From positions 62,001 through 109,207 of the forward strand of contig JYFJ02000771.1 in NCBI GenBank assembly GCA_000934665.2: a DNA stretch of 47,207 bases. The letters are read 5' to 3'. The translations under genes and the position numbers were made by a program. The notes under the pieces were generated by a model. It was not told the origin of the DNA and searched no databases. It was given only the letters and a program-made list of their open reading frames with translations. Below, in pieces: positions 14,656 through 26,827 of this stretch. The number at the start of each line of letters is the position of its first letter. Position 1 is the stretch's first letter. This DNA comes from Catajapyx aquilonaris (Eukaryota).

Positions 14656-17411
14656 ATGGCGTTTATGCAAGAGCTGCTGGCCGCGGGATGGATTCCTTAC
14701 GCGCTCTGCGTGCTGGTCAGTACCCCTGGTGGGGGGCTCTTGCATTTGAGGGGAGCTCCTTCGCTTGTTGAAGGAGTTTTTTTTTTAAATAATTAGGACG
14801 CTGAATCTGCGATCAGGTCATGTCGCAATTAATTGGAACAGCCAGCAAGATACTCCTTTTCTCTATGTTTGTCAACAGGACGTGCAATTACAAATATATA
14901 AGTTGAAGAGAGTGGCATTAGTTAAAAATTACGCATAGAAATAATTCGGCAAACTGGAAACGGCGACAACAATGAGAAAAGTGTGAATTGCGCAAAAATT
15001 ATGTTCTGAGGATATTGGTTGTTGGGAAATGCAGTTAATTATTTATACATTCTGTTGAGATTAAGCACACTAACATAATGGCCCTTCTTTTTTTGTTGAG
15101 AGTAAGAAGCATAATTAATGCCGATTTACCACCCAAACACTTTTACAATGAATTCTAAAAAGAGAGTGTACTTTAATGTGCAAAGGTGCACACGAGAAAT
15201 TCTAATAAATTAATGTTTGTGTGTTTGTGCAGCTGGTGATTGTGTTCTCTTGGGTGTACGTGGCACGAATGAAGCACAGGAGGGACTGGGACCCATGCGC
15301 ATCCATAGTGTCGATGATGTCGGTGGCAACCGCCTTATTCCTTTCTACTCTTGTCCCAGTCGACGTTTTTCTTGTCAGCTACATGAAGCAGGCCGATGGG
15401 ACATACAAACCATTTGCCCAGGATGACACCCTCAGAGGCCAGATTGAGAATATCATATTCTACGCCTATCTAGGTTCGTAAAGGTAGCCTGTATACAGGT
15501 AGAACGTTACACATTTTCGTGATTGCTTTGCAGTAACGGTGGGTTTGGTAGCCTTGTTTTGCTTCCTGATCATGCCACTGGCCTACTTCTTCTGTGCAGA
15601 ACCCAACGATTTGAGTCAAGGAATTGGGTAAGACATTATTTGAACTATACTTAAGTTGGAATCTCTTTGAGATGAAGATTTTAATACTGTACCGTATATG
15701 CAAAGAGTTACGAGTCACACGTGAGTGTATGATTATAATTATGTTTTGCATTCTTAGGTGCTGCTCAAGACTGTGTTCTGCCTTTAAGTTCACCCTAGCT
15801 TTTCTGATGGCGGCTGGTCTCCTGCTAGCAGCCGGACTATTGCTGCCTTTAGATGGCCAAGAGAGTGATGGAGCTGACACGCACTCAGTCAACATGGACA
15901 ATTTTGTTGATTCTGCGACATCAGCCTTTCTGGATGCCAACAGTTGAGTACACAGTTTTTCTGCAGCATGCTATACTTCATGTCCGAACCTTATTTCTAA
16001 TCATTTTAGAATGGATGCAAGTGATGATCCTAGGTGGGTGTTTGATGTGCCTGACGGGGCTAATCGTGTGTTGCTATTACACTGCTTTGGGCCTCTCCTG
16101 GTGGCCCATCAGCTTGTTTAAGGGCAGCGGCAAAAGTCGTGACCGCCACGAGGTCAGAGAGAGAAGGCAGGCGGTACGGGAGAGACTTCGGGCACTTCGA
16201 GCGAAATACCACATGGCCCCTTGCGGTGAGAGAAATTGCTGCAGTGTACCTGCTTCTACTGCTACTACACAGATTTCAGGAACGTCAAGTGGTGCACGGA
16301 ACATTGCGTATTGGCCCAGGGAGAGATGGAGGATGCTGCGTCTTGAGGAAGAGGATCGCCTCCTGGAGAAATGGGAACGGAAACTGACCAAAGCCACCAA
16401 CACCTGTTGCAGCAGACTTCTCAGCTGCTGCCGGCCATGCTCCATCGTGCTTGGACTGGCCTGCATGGCCATCAGCCTGCTCATATTCGTCACTCTCCTG
16501 CAGTCCACGTTTCAAAATTGGGCTGGCGTGTCCAAGACGGGCCACTTCCACCTTTTCACCTCCGATGATAACGAAGCCAAGAAATTGTTGCTGGTGAACC
16601 CCCTGGACCTTCTGTTTCAGATTCTGCAGAGGTTCTTCCCTGCCGACTACGTCTTGTACGTCCTCATCACCTTATTCTTCCTTCTGGCCTCTTTGTCTGG
16701 GATGGCTCGGTTGGGGATCCGGTGCTTTTGCATTCGGCTGTACAGTGTCAGGGTGAGAAACACTCATCCGCAGGGGTTGCTGCTGGCCAGCCTTACGCTC
16801 TTGCTGATGGCACTGGGCATCACTTTGCTCATGTTCGCACTCTGCCCAGAATACGCCAAGTTTGGGTCCCAATACTATGTGCCGAAGGAAGAAGATGGGG
16901 CGAGTGCAAATGCCACGACTACCGATAGGCCTACCAGCAGTCCCGTGCCTATTTCAAATGAGACAAGTGTCGACAGGACAGGAGAACATCAGCGACATTT
17001 TGCAACACCTGTGAGATGTAAAAAATGTACTGCAGATTGTCGACCAACCATCATTTACAAGATACTGGAGAAGTACTTCTTCCAATCCTGGTACCTCGGC
17101 GCCATGTATTACTGGGCGTTATGGCTTTTTATTGTGGTGAGCATTATTATACTGCTACAGGATTGCCTTTGTTCGTTCAGTTTTGTTCCAGAGTATAGGA
17201 CGAGTCTTTTAAACTGCTTTCCCCATTATCCATGCAGACAACCATAACCGGAGCGCTCTTCTCCTGCTGCTGCTCCAGGAAAAAACTGACAGAAATAGAT
17301 TACATCGACGACGACAGCAACTTGGACGACGAGAGCATAACCGACTCCTACGATTCCTCAATATCGAACCTAGACAACGAGACGAATATCCGCTACGACG
17401 ACGAATACTGA
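14656..17411 (+). CDS. LMBRD1: Lysosomal cobalamin transport escort protein LMBD1-like (LMBR1 family); exons 14656-14715, 15233-15473, 15534-15627, 15758-15942, 16010-17136, 17238-17411
   Basis: GWIPY N-terminus, hallmark LVPVDVFLVSYMK...GTYKPFA, YTALGLSWWPISLFKG, NPLD...FFPADYVL, GIRCFCIRLY...THPQGLL, PEYAKFGSQYY and GAMYYWALWLF. Multiple hydrophobic helices; GT-AG introns in phase. Confidence 0.88.
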
Positions 17412-17725
17412 CCATCAGGCACACAACACAGCAGTCGTGCTCTGTCATTTTCTGTGGCTCAGCAGAGCTCCCTGTATTCCCTCTTTACCGAGAAGAAACA
17501 TTTTAAAAATTAGACACGTGACTTTTTTCCCCCCCATTTGCGCACTCTTCGTATGGGCTTCTCACTCATCTTCAACCATTGATTGAAGAGTGAGAAGTGC
17601 TTAAGACAGCTCCCAACTGAGATTATGGTCCATCTTCCTCTTTAGGCGGGGCAGCAACAATAGTCATAATTATATTTTTTAAATGTGTCACCAACCAGAG
17701 AGGTTACAGTCGGTACACTTTATAG

Positions 17726-17870
17726 TGTACGGTCAAAGAGAGAACGATCTGACGTCATCGTTTTCCTTCCATTGTTGTTTTTTTATTGACACTGTTTACT
17801 CATATTGTTCTGTGAGAATATTTCCATGGAAACATTGATGACGTCAGATCGTTCTCTCATTTTCCGTGCA
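17726..17870. mobile_element. MITE-like inverted repeat upstream of GLG1
   Basis: About 40-bp imperfect inverted arms sharing GAGAGAACGATCTGACGTCATC / GATGACGTCAGATCGTTCTCTC. No clean TSD seen. Confidence 0.6.
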
Positions 17871-17883
17871 TTACTGCGCGGAA

Positions 17884-17915
<32 letters not shown>

Positions 17916-18264
17916 CAGCGAGATTCGAAAAGGGCGCGTGCCACGACCAGAGTGTCAAGTGGCTCCCCTAGCGGCGGAGAGCAGCAACTGTCATGTGTCG
18001 TGTGAGTGAGACGAGATGACTGGTGATAGTCGTAGATCATAGGTCGCCGCTTGTTCTGCTGGAAGAAGGACGGAGTCTCAGTGATGGATGGGCCTTTGGG
18101 GGCCGACTGCTGAGGGCCAGGGTGGGTGCATTGAAGGAGGGGACGAGGCGGGGCAACAACCCAACGACCCACACAGGTCGGCAGGTGAGGAGGGAGAAAT
18201 GAACTACTGACGACGAAGCGAGGCGACGTGGCTAGCTGACTGTTACCAGACAACGAGAGGCGGG

Positions 18265-21200
18265 ATGGGAGGCTACCCCACAGCGGTCGTCTGGATGCTG
18301 GTGCTGATGGCCTACTCCGGGTGCTGGGCTCAGCTGCAGGACACTGATGGAGTTAATAACGTGGGGCCGGTGGCGCGGGTGAGGGAGGCTGCCCTTGGGG
18401 GGAATAGGGCAGGGGGCATGGTCCAGCAGCAGCAGGGGAGCAGGGCGGCTGCCGGGAAGGGAGGAGGAGGGGGGAACAACTGGGTGCCGCAGCAGGGGCA
18501 GGGCGCAAGGGCACAGCCTGGGAAGCAGCAGGCGCTGGCGGAGAGCAGGGCCTGCAGGGACGACGTGCTCAGGCTCTGCAAGTCAAACACACTCACTGAC
18601 CTCGCAGTGGTTGACTGCATCCAGAACCGGAGGGTAGGTAGTCCCTAGTTGTAGCCATATGTTCCGAGCTAAGTGTTCTTGGGGGATGCAGTAGAACCCC
18701 AATTATCCATCACCCACGGGACCAGGTCATGGTCGGAACACAAAAGGGCGGCTAATGTAAAGGAAACTTTAACGAAACACAACAAAAAACAGGAAATAAC
18801 GTACAGTATTATGGTTTCATAAGAAATAGTGACGTATTGATTTTTTACACACACTACTGTATTTACAATTTAACTACGGCTATATCAAAGAAACATGACA
18901 GTATTTGATGAAAAAACAGTTTTATTGCCGGAGTGGGATGGTCAGATTAACCAAGGAGGTGGATAATCTGTGGTTGGATGATTGGGGTAATATGAAGAAG
19001 GGAAAAGGGTGAATGCTGCAAAGTCACTTGAACCATGTTTTACTGTATAAGGTGAAGTGGGGGAAGTGCACACCCGGGGTAAGTGCACTTACCCCGGGTG
19101 TGCACTTCCCCCACTTCACCTTAGCGGACTTTCGAATTTACGGAGAATGAATTATTTGATGTCTACATGGCCTGATAGGCAAAAGACACCCTTATTGAGT
19201 GGAAGAACTTTCAGATGGAATGGGGGTATCGTAGCAAGTGTAACTGGCAATGAATTTTATTAGTAATGAAGGCGTAGGGTAAGACCCAGAAAATCCATCT
19301 GAAATGTGAGAAATAAGCAAACCACTCCTGTTGTCATAGGCCTCTATGCAGGTCATTATGTGCTTTTCTGACGGAGCATGACTTGCATTTTGATGACATT
19401 TGTTTTTATTTTGCAGAGAGAAGAGGATGCTGACCTATCAGAGGCTTGCCATAATGTGAGTGATAGTGGTACAGCTAGTTGCTATCATTTACAAACAATG
19501 ATTACAGGTTTATGTCCCCACTCCCCACACATCATAGGAAACTGATTTACTTTCTTGCCACTGATTTTCTTGACAGCACTCGTCATTGCTAACTGAAAAT
19601 TTAAACAGACCCATCCCAAAGGATAGGGTAAAACATTTGACTTTTTTTTTTGTTTTTTGTTTATTTACCCCGTGATGACCTGTTGGGTCTATAGGGGGTG
19701 GTGGATTACCACCATTGGCATTTGTTTTTTGGAGCGAGTTAAGAATAATCTTATTCGTATACTCCAAGGTAGTTAGGAGGGGATGTGCAAAGTGCATGTG
19801 CGCTGTCGTTAATTGGTCATTTTGTGAACTCCTCAGGGTGGCTTAGTCTATCGGAAATTGCCACCCGAAACGAAGCCAGAGATGGCCCAACTCTGCACGA
19901 AAGAAGGTGGGAACCCCGGGTGGGGATTGAACCCGGGACCTTAACTTCCGTGGGCGCACGCGTTACCGCGGCGCCACTCCGTCTCCCTAAACATTTGACA
20001 ATATTTAACCTGGATATTTGCTATGTCAGTAGGATACAATCAGTAAAATATACAGTACAAAGATCTCATTATTAGAATGACTATTCAGATATATTATCTC
20101 CCCAAAGTATTGTTAGTAATACAGGTAGTGGTTCTTCAGAAAAGTATTTTAGGAATGATGATAAAACTAACCAGTTATGTGCTTGCACAGCTACTTTGGG
20201 CGTACCGTCGCAACATCACTACTGATGGCCGCTTCTTGGAGGCTGCCCAGCAGATGTGCGGGACTGACATGAAGCTGCTGCTGACAAAGTGCAAGGACAT
20301 GGGTGACGGCAGCACGAACAACAATGATGCTGAGGAGGATGAGCAAGAAGTGCGTGGCCAGATCCTGTCCTGCATTGTAGAGAACAAGGACCAAGTAAAG
20401 GATCCCCTTTGCCGTCAGTTCCTGACAAAAATTCAGACAGTCATATTCAGTGATTACCGACTTGTTCATTACTTTGCCAAGGAATGTAATTCGGACATTA
20501 CAAGCTACCAGTGTGGGAGAATGGATCGTGACAACAAGACAGTGCATTCACAGGGACGCACTGTTGAGTGTCTCTCACAACATATTGGAAGCCTCCGTCC
20601 ATCATGCAGACAGCAGATACTGCGTATTTCTGAGCTGCAGTCTGATGACTTCCACCTGGATCGTCCATTGTTTTTTGCTTGTAGGGAGGATCGTGACCAA
20701 CTGTGTGCCAGGGTCATTGCAGGTGAAGGCAGAGTGTACAAGTGCTTGATGCGTCATCGCAATGACCGGGAGATGAGCGCAGAGTGCCGTGAGCAGCTTA
20801 TTCGCCGTCAGAAGCTGGTAGCGCGTGACTACAAAGCGAGTAGAGGTCTCAGCAGGGCTTGCAGGGACGACATCCAGACATATCAGTGCAGGCGGAGAGG
20901 GGAAAGAGATAGGGAGGTGAGGCTGGCTCAGATACTTCTGTGTCTGGAAGGAATGCTGCGGCAAGGAAAAGTGGTGAGCGATATGTGCCAGGCAGAGATG
21001 GTGGACCACAGGCGAAACCTTATGGATGACTACAGGATGAGCCCAGAGCTGGTGAGCGACTGCAGTGAGGATGTTGTTGATAAATGCGGGGGAGTGGCCA
21101 CCGGAGGAGGAAAGACCATACATTGCCTCATGGAAGCTGCACGAATAGGTTAGTTAGAAAGCTGCATACTTTTTGCCATTGTCTGCACTTACAATTATGA

Positions 21201-24200
21201 AAAAAAATGGTGCGTGTCATTTAATTATATCTTCTGGAAATGAAAAGTATGATAATGTAGGGAGTGCCCAGATATTTAGGCATTAAAACCTTCCTATTTA
21301 ATGTGGTAAGCTGTTGCAGAAAAGGAATATATTCTCATAACTCTCAATGCAATGAGCATGAAAGATGAAAATCGATGTGGGTTCCCCAGGAAAATGAGAA
21401 TAAACCAGCATGATGTAAAGTTATTTCTTAAGTGGGCTCTATACAGTCAATCCGACTCCGACTTGGACCGGATTCAACCATCTAACCTACTGTGTAAATG
21501 GCATTTCATGTCAGATCCGACGTCGGAGCCAGGGAGGCCAGCTCAAGTCACCTGGGCAGATAGGAAATACAGGAGAGGGGGGCAGGGCAAGACATCAGAT
21601 TGACTGTGGAATGATTGTCCTACTCATCCCAGCTCTCTGATTGGCTAGTGGGGTCTTCTAGTCGAACTCGTTCCCCCCTNCCCCCCCCCTTTTTTTTTTA
21701 AAAAAAAATTTTAAGGAAATAAACTTGTCCCCCACCCTCCACCTCCTTCCACAAAAACATGTCCCCCCCACCTTTGAACATCGAACAGCAGACCTCTGTC
21801 TGAACAGGGTGTCCGATGCCTCCAAGTCGGAGAGACGGAGTTTGTGTCGGATCGACTGTGTAGAGCCCACTTTACATTCATTGCCATTCATTTTGCATTT
21901 TTATCATGCCTGACATACCATACATTATCGTTCCTTTCAGTATGACTAAAGGTGCATTTACATGTGATCTATTTGACAAGCGAAATCTTGACTGAGGCTG
22001 AAATTAACAGTCGATTTTCGCCTCAAACAATATTGGTTACTTAGGTTACTCTTGAGTCACCCTCGGCAAAGATTTCGCTCGTCAAATCGCTCACATGTAA
22101 ACGCACCTTAATTCTCTTAAGAAGGTGAAGTTTGCATTTATTGCAAAACTAAAAGTATTTCTACTGTAGATTCTTTTAATTTTGATAATGCTAGTGTAAG
22201 TTGCCATGAAAATAATATTCACCATATCATTATACAACAATGAATTGTTTGCAGGGCCTGCAGGAGGTTCCCGCCTGCAAGACAAATGCCTTCGTGCTTT
22301 GGAGCTGGTCCTGAAGGAGGCAGACGCAGGAGAGAATTGGCGTGTGGATCCTGTCTTGCAAGAGGCTTGTCAACCTGTGGTGGACACTGCTTGCAGGGAC
22401 CTGCATGGTGGAGATGCTCGTGTGATCGAGTGTCTAATGGAGCATGTGGGCTCTCCACAGATGGTCCAGGCCTGCGAGTCAGCTCTCCTTCAGATCCAGT
22501 TTTTTGTGTCACGAAATTTCCAACTTGAACCCCAGCTGTACCGTGCCTGCCGCTCTGACGCAGTGAAGCTTTGCAATGCCAAGTCTGAATGGCATGACGA
22601 TCCAGACCGGATGGACCCTGAACGGGGTCCACTAGTCCTTCCATGCTTGTATCGGTATGCATACCACTCAAACAATGAGCAGATCCTACAGAAGGCATGC
22701 CTCCAGCAACTGCATAAAACCATGCGACAAAGAGCAATAAGTGTGGATCTGCAGCCCTGGATACAAGAACCCTGCATACAGGAGTTAGGTAGCATATGCG
22801 CTGAACATGGAGGGAGGGGTGAAGAAATTGCATGCTTGCAAGATAAAATGGATGATCTGGGTGAGAAGTGCAAGGTGGCCGTGTCCAACTGGACTGAGGA
22901 CCAAGCTCGCCATGCTGATCTAAACCCCTTGCTATTATCAGTATGTGGTGTAGTTATACAACATTACTGTGCTGCGGAAGCTGCTGGAGAGGCACGAGAT
23001 GAAGGAGGTGTTGCGGATTGCCTCATTTCACATAAGAATGACCCAGATGTTCGTGCTGAGTACAAGTGCAGGCAGACTATTGAGCACATGCAGATTATAG
23101 CACTTAAGGACTACCGCTTCTCATACAAATTCAAGAGTGCATGCCGAAAGGATGTGTCACGTCACTGTGCTGATAAAAATGGGCACAAACCCACGTCTAA
23201 GGCAGAGGTGAGTTACTTTTTTAGGTTTACAAAGTTCCCTTCTACATCATTATAAATTTTCTTGCGGCCCAGTATACATAAACATGTACGTAATGAAGGG
23301 TGTATGTTAACAGTATAAGAATCATTCCATAGGTACAAAACATAATTCTGAATCTCATGGCATTTGTTTAAAATTCTGCGTGAGGCACAACTTCTCATCA
23401 TTACTTGGGCCTACACTTCTTTGCTCTCACTTTCATCAGCAGTGATTTGTCCATCGACAGAATCAAAGATGGACTGAAAAATGTGTCACTGTCCCAGTTT
23501 CCCAAGTCAATCTGCTTCATAAGCATGTAGCATATATGCATGATTTTAAATATCTAGCAAATTTTGTACAAGTGTACTTTACTAATGTACTGTTCTTGAA
23601 AACAAGTCACTTATGAAAATTGTTGTCTCACTTTTGTACATGCAGGTGGTCCACTGCTTGGCTGGGATTGTACGTGATGACACACTGCAAGAAAAGAAGC
23701 ACAGAGTGAGCCGTGATTGTCGTCAGCAGTTAAGAGTACAGCTGCTACGCCAAAAGGAAAATCCTCGGAAACTAGATCCGAATCTGAATGAAGCATGCAA
23801 AGGGGACCTGAATGCATATTGTTCCTCCACGGAAGAGGTCCTTGAATGCCTTCGTATGCACCGCAAGAACCTTAGCCCTGCTTGCCACAAGGAAGTGTTT
23901 GCCCTTGAACGTGATGAGGCAGAAGACAATACTTTGGACATTTCCTTGACCTCTGCATGTAAAGCTTCAGCAGCCAGGTTGTGCCCCAAAACTCCACCAG
24001 AACACCTTTTGGACTGCCTTCAGGAGCATCGGGATGGAGGAAGTGGTGCACTTGATCCAAGATGCCGAACTTTAGTTGTGCGGCGCTTGATTGAGCGTAA
24101 TGCTGACTATCGCCTGAACCCAACTATGTACAAGGCATGCAAGATGGATGTGCCAAAATTCTGTTCAGGGGAGGTTTTAAAACGGCCAGGTGGGGTCGAA

Positions 24201-25263
24201 CTGGATGGGCTAGTGCTGGCATGCCTGAAACGACAGATGGTGACCAGCCGCCTTTCCCCAAGTTGCCATGAGCAGGTGGCTGCAGTGGTAAGGGAAGCAG
24301 CAATGGATTTCCGTCTGGATATACCACTTGCCACTGCTTGCAAGTCAGACATTGAGGCCCTAGGCTGCAAGGCATCATCTACAGATGATGATGAAGGCAA
24401 CACTGATGATGATGATGAGGAGGATTCAGGCAAAGTGGAAGAATGTCTGAAAGAAGCCCTACAGAATAAAAAGATACTGAACAAGCAGTGTCAGTTGCAA
24501 GTAGCTGGGCTCATACAGGGAGGAAGGGCAGACATACATAATGATCCTCTTTTGCACAGAGCGTGTGCTCTGGACCTTAACAAGTTCTGTGCAGATGTAC
24601 CTCCTGGGGATGGGCGCAGTGAGTAAAAACATAATTGTAATATCCTTTATATAGAGCATGTGTTCCAGCCTACTTGTGGGGTTGTTCCATAAATTACATT
24701 AAAATGGCGTAGCCATGGAGTATAATATTCTGCTCACATCTACAAGGGCATTTATCTGAATGCAAATGTAGATGATGTAGTGAAGGCATGAAAACTAAAC
24801 TTGGGGGGTGGAAGTAGTAAAAGAAAAGAAAAAAAGCATGTATGTTCTTAAATATGAAGAACAAGAAAATTTTCACTGGTTTATGTAGCTCTAATTGCTA
24901 CTTTTCTTACAGAACTATCATGCTTGTTGGACATGATGCATGAGCATCCAAAACTGCTGGGTGAAGAGTGCCGCGTGATGCTGAGCAAGAGGGTTCAAAT
25001 GTTTGAATCTGCAGCTAAGGTGAAATTTTGATGGCCATTAGCAACAAAGTGTAACTGTGTTTGACTGTTACTCTCTTTTTCATTTCCAGGTTGCTCCTCC
25101 ACCTGAGAGTGTTGGAGAGTTATACCTTCAAGTGTCTCGCTCCCCTTCTCGATACCACTTCCTGACCTTAGCCTGCAGCCTCCTTGGAGTCATATTCATC
25201 ATGGGTATGTTCTGTGGAAGGGTCTCTCGGAGAATGCGGAATGCTGTTATCAAGAGGAAGTGA
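18265..25263 (+). CDS. GLG1: Golgi apparatus protein 1 (cysteine-rich FGF receptor/MG-160); exons 18265-18633, 19417-19455, 20191-21148, 22255-23207, 23646-24618, 24913-25019, 25090-25263
   Basis: Signal peptide and Q/G-rich N-terminus, then many Cys-rich GLG1 repeats (FSDYRL, ELQSDDFHLDRPLFFACREDR, AGEGRVYKCL, DYRLNP, DIHNDPLLHRACALDL). C-terminal TM helix and basic tail CGRVSRRMRNAVIKRK*. Phases are consistent. Confidence 0.95.
19048..19123. repeat. Perfect 76-bp palindrome (no spacer), TA at both ends, in GLG1 intron 1
   Basis: TAAGGTGAAGTGGGGGAAGTGCACACCCGGGGTAAGTG is followed immediately by its exact reverse complement. Confidence 0.95.
19642..19988 (-). mobile_element. Full-length tRNA-derived SINE with poly(A) tail
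   Basis: Minus-strand head with A box (TGGCGCCGCGG) and B box (GGTTCAATCCC), resembling tRNA-Arg(ACG). AATAAA plus an A-rich tail, and an 11-bp TSD AAACATTTGAC (19631-19641, 19989-19999). Homologous to the copy at 45248. Confidence 0.88.
21442..21860. mobile_element. Non-autonomous DNA element (TA-flanked, short TIRs) in GLG1 intron 3
   Basis: Ends TACAGTCAATCCGAC... / ...GTCGGATCGACTGTG are imperfect inverted repeats flanked by TA, with subterminal CCGACTTGGA/TCCAAGTCGG inverted motifs. Confidence 0.55.
21950..22108. mobile_element. Harbinger-like MITE, 159 bp
   Basis: Long imperfect TIRs AGGTGCATTTACATGTGA...AGCGAAATCTT / AAGATTTCGCT...TCACATGTAAACGCACCT, with TAA on both flanks. Confidence 0.75.
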
Positions 25264-26489
25264 GGCCAATATTGTTGCCACATTGGTGAAAAGTCGTATG
25301 ACACAGTGTCAAGCCATCATGTACCAATATTCATGTAATGCAGTGATTTTTTTTTCTTTTTTCAAGTAACTTAGTCAGTTTGTTTGTTTTTGCTTGGAAG
25401 TCTGGTCTTTGAATCTCCTGCCTGCATAATTATTATTATTTTATAAACACATTGTTTCAAGTATTGTGCCACAAGGACATGTTGGTTGTACTTTGTGAAT
25501 ATTATTGGGACCTGAAACTTTTGGTACAACAATGTGCAATCAAGTGTATTATAACTGATGTGAAGAGATGACATTGTGTGACTTTGTAAAAATGGGACTT
25601 GGTTCAAGTGAACATGCATTTTGTCACATATAATCCCTTACTCCCAGTAGTTTAGTGAGTGATAACAATAACCTGGAAGAACTGTTTGAATTTCATGCGA
25701 GTTTTTCAACCCTTGTGTTGCAGTCAAGGACAAAAACTTTGAGAACTGATTGCTTCCAGTGTTGTATCGCACTCATTTAGATTTTAGTAATTGGATTTGG
25801 GATTGGTGAAATTGAGATGAAGAAGCCACTGGTGCTGTTTTAGCTATAGCTTACTCGTGAGTTATTCCAAACTGGATTACTGGATTTCCGAGAGACATTC
25901 CACAGGTGCAGACTGGATGTTCCTGCTCTTGGCTGAAGACGCATGGACGTAGTACCAACTTAGTCATCGGTTATTGTTGGAGGGATGTTTTTTTTGCCCA
26001 AAGTAAGGTGGATGGTTTCGCCTTCCATCTTCCCTGGACAAAAATTGGTAACTGTCTGGAATTCAGAAATCACCATCCAGATCAACCTTGGACCCACAGA
26101 ACAGATTACAAGTATGTGGATAATTTTATCTGTGAACAAGCCATTCTAAAAACCACATGTCTGAAAGTCAGCTTGGATCTGTACTTATGAGGATCCCGCA
26201 TACTTTTCTAACTCTCATAGGTATTATGGGCATTAAATCTGGTGGGCTGCAGGGAAGCACATGCAATCTCTGTGACTCTCATGGAATATGCTCCACCTAC
26301 TTGATTCAAGACCGCAATAGGGATCTGAGTTTTCTGAGACAGGGGCAGGCTAATACTTAGAATTGCAGTTCATGCAACCATAGAATGGTTAGGGTACTGC
26401 CATCACAATGGGCAGCAGTCGTTCAGTTTGAATAAACTCAGTGTAGCAGTACTGTCACCACCGGAATTAAAGATCTTGGCCAAAAGACC

Positions 26490-26650
26490 AAGAAGCGATG
26501 GTATTAAAGGCCTGTGAGTTGGTATTATCTGGTTTAATGAACTGCGCAGGGGAATCTGGCAGAAAACTTGAAATAAATCTAGTACAACTTTCATTTCGCA
26601 TGTTCATCATAGTTCACAGGACGCGCAGGCCTTTAATTCCATCGCTTCTT
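26490..26650. mobile_element. MITE with about 25-bp TIRs
   Basis: AAGAAGCGATGGTATTAAAGGCCTG ... CAGGCCTTTAATTCCATCGCTTCTT. It abuts the next element at a TTAA. Confidence 0.65.
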
Positions 26651-26652
26651 AA

Positions 26653-26827
26653 GGGTGGTATCCACTGCTCAATATCAAGGGGTTTCAACCCATTCAACCC
26701 CTTGAATCAACCCTTTGAGCGGGCTTGAACCGAGTAGAGCACGGCCCTACCATTGCAATGGGTTGAATCAAGTAGGGCCGTGCTCTACTCGGTTCAAGCC
26801 CTTGATATTGAGCAGTTGATACCACCC
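26653..26827. mobile_element. TTAA-flanked fold-back MITE (Kolobok-like GG...CC termini)
   Basis: TIR GGGTGGTATCCACTGCTCAATATCAAGGG / CCCTTGATATTGAGCAGTTGATACCACCC, an inner inverted pair GGGCTTGAACCGAGTAGAGCACGGCCCTAC, and TTAA at 26649-26652 and 26828-26831. Confidence 0.78.

Noticed and set aside
14158..14796. Several overlapping 100-195 aa ORFs
   Set aside because: Shadow ORFs of GC-rich PRIM2 exon 1, the promoter and LMBRD1 exon 1.
19915..19988. Functional tRNA-Arg gene
   Set aside because: The acceptor and anticodon stems do not pair well, and the sequence continues into a SINE body with tail and TSD.
20175..24659. Antisense ORFs up to 204 aa
   Set aside because: They lie opposite GLG1 coding exons and have no independent motifs.
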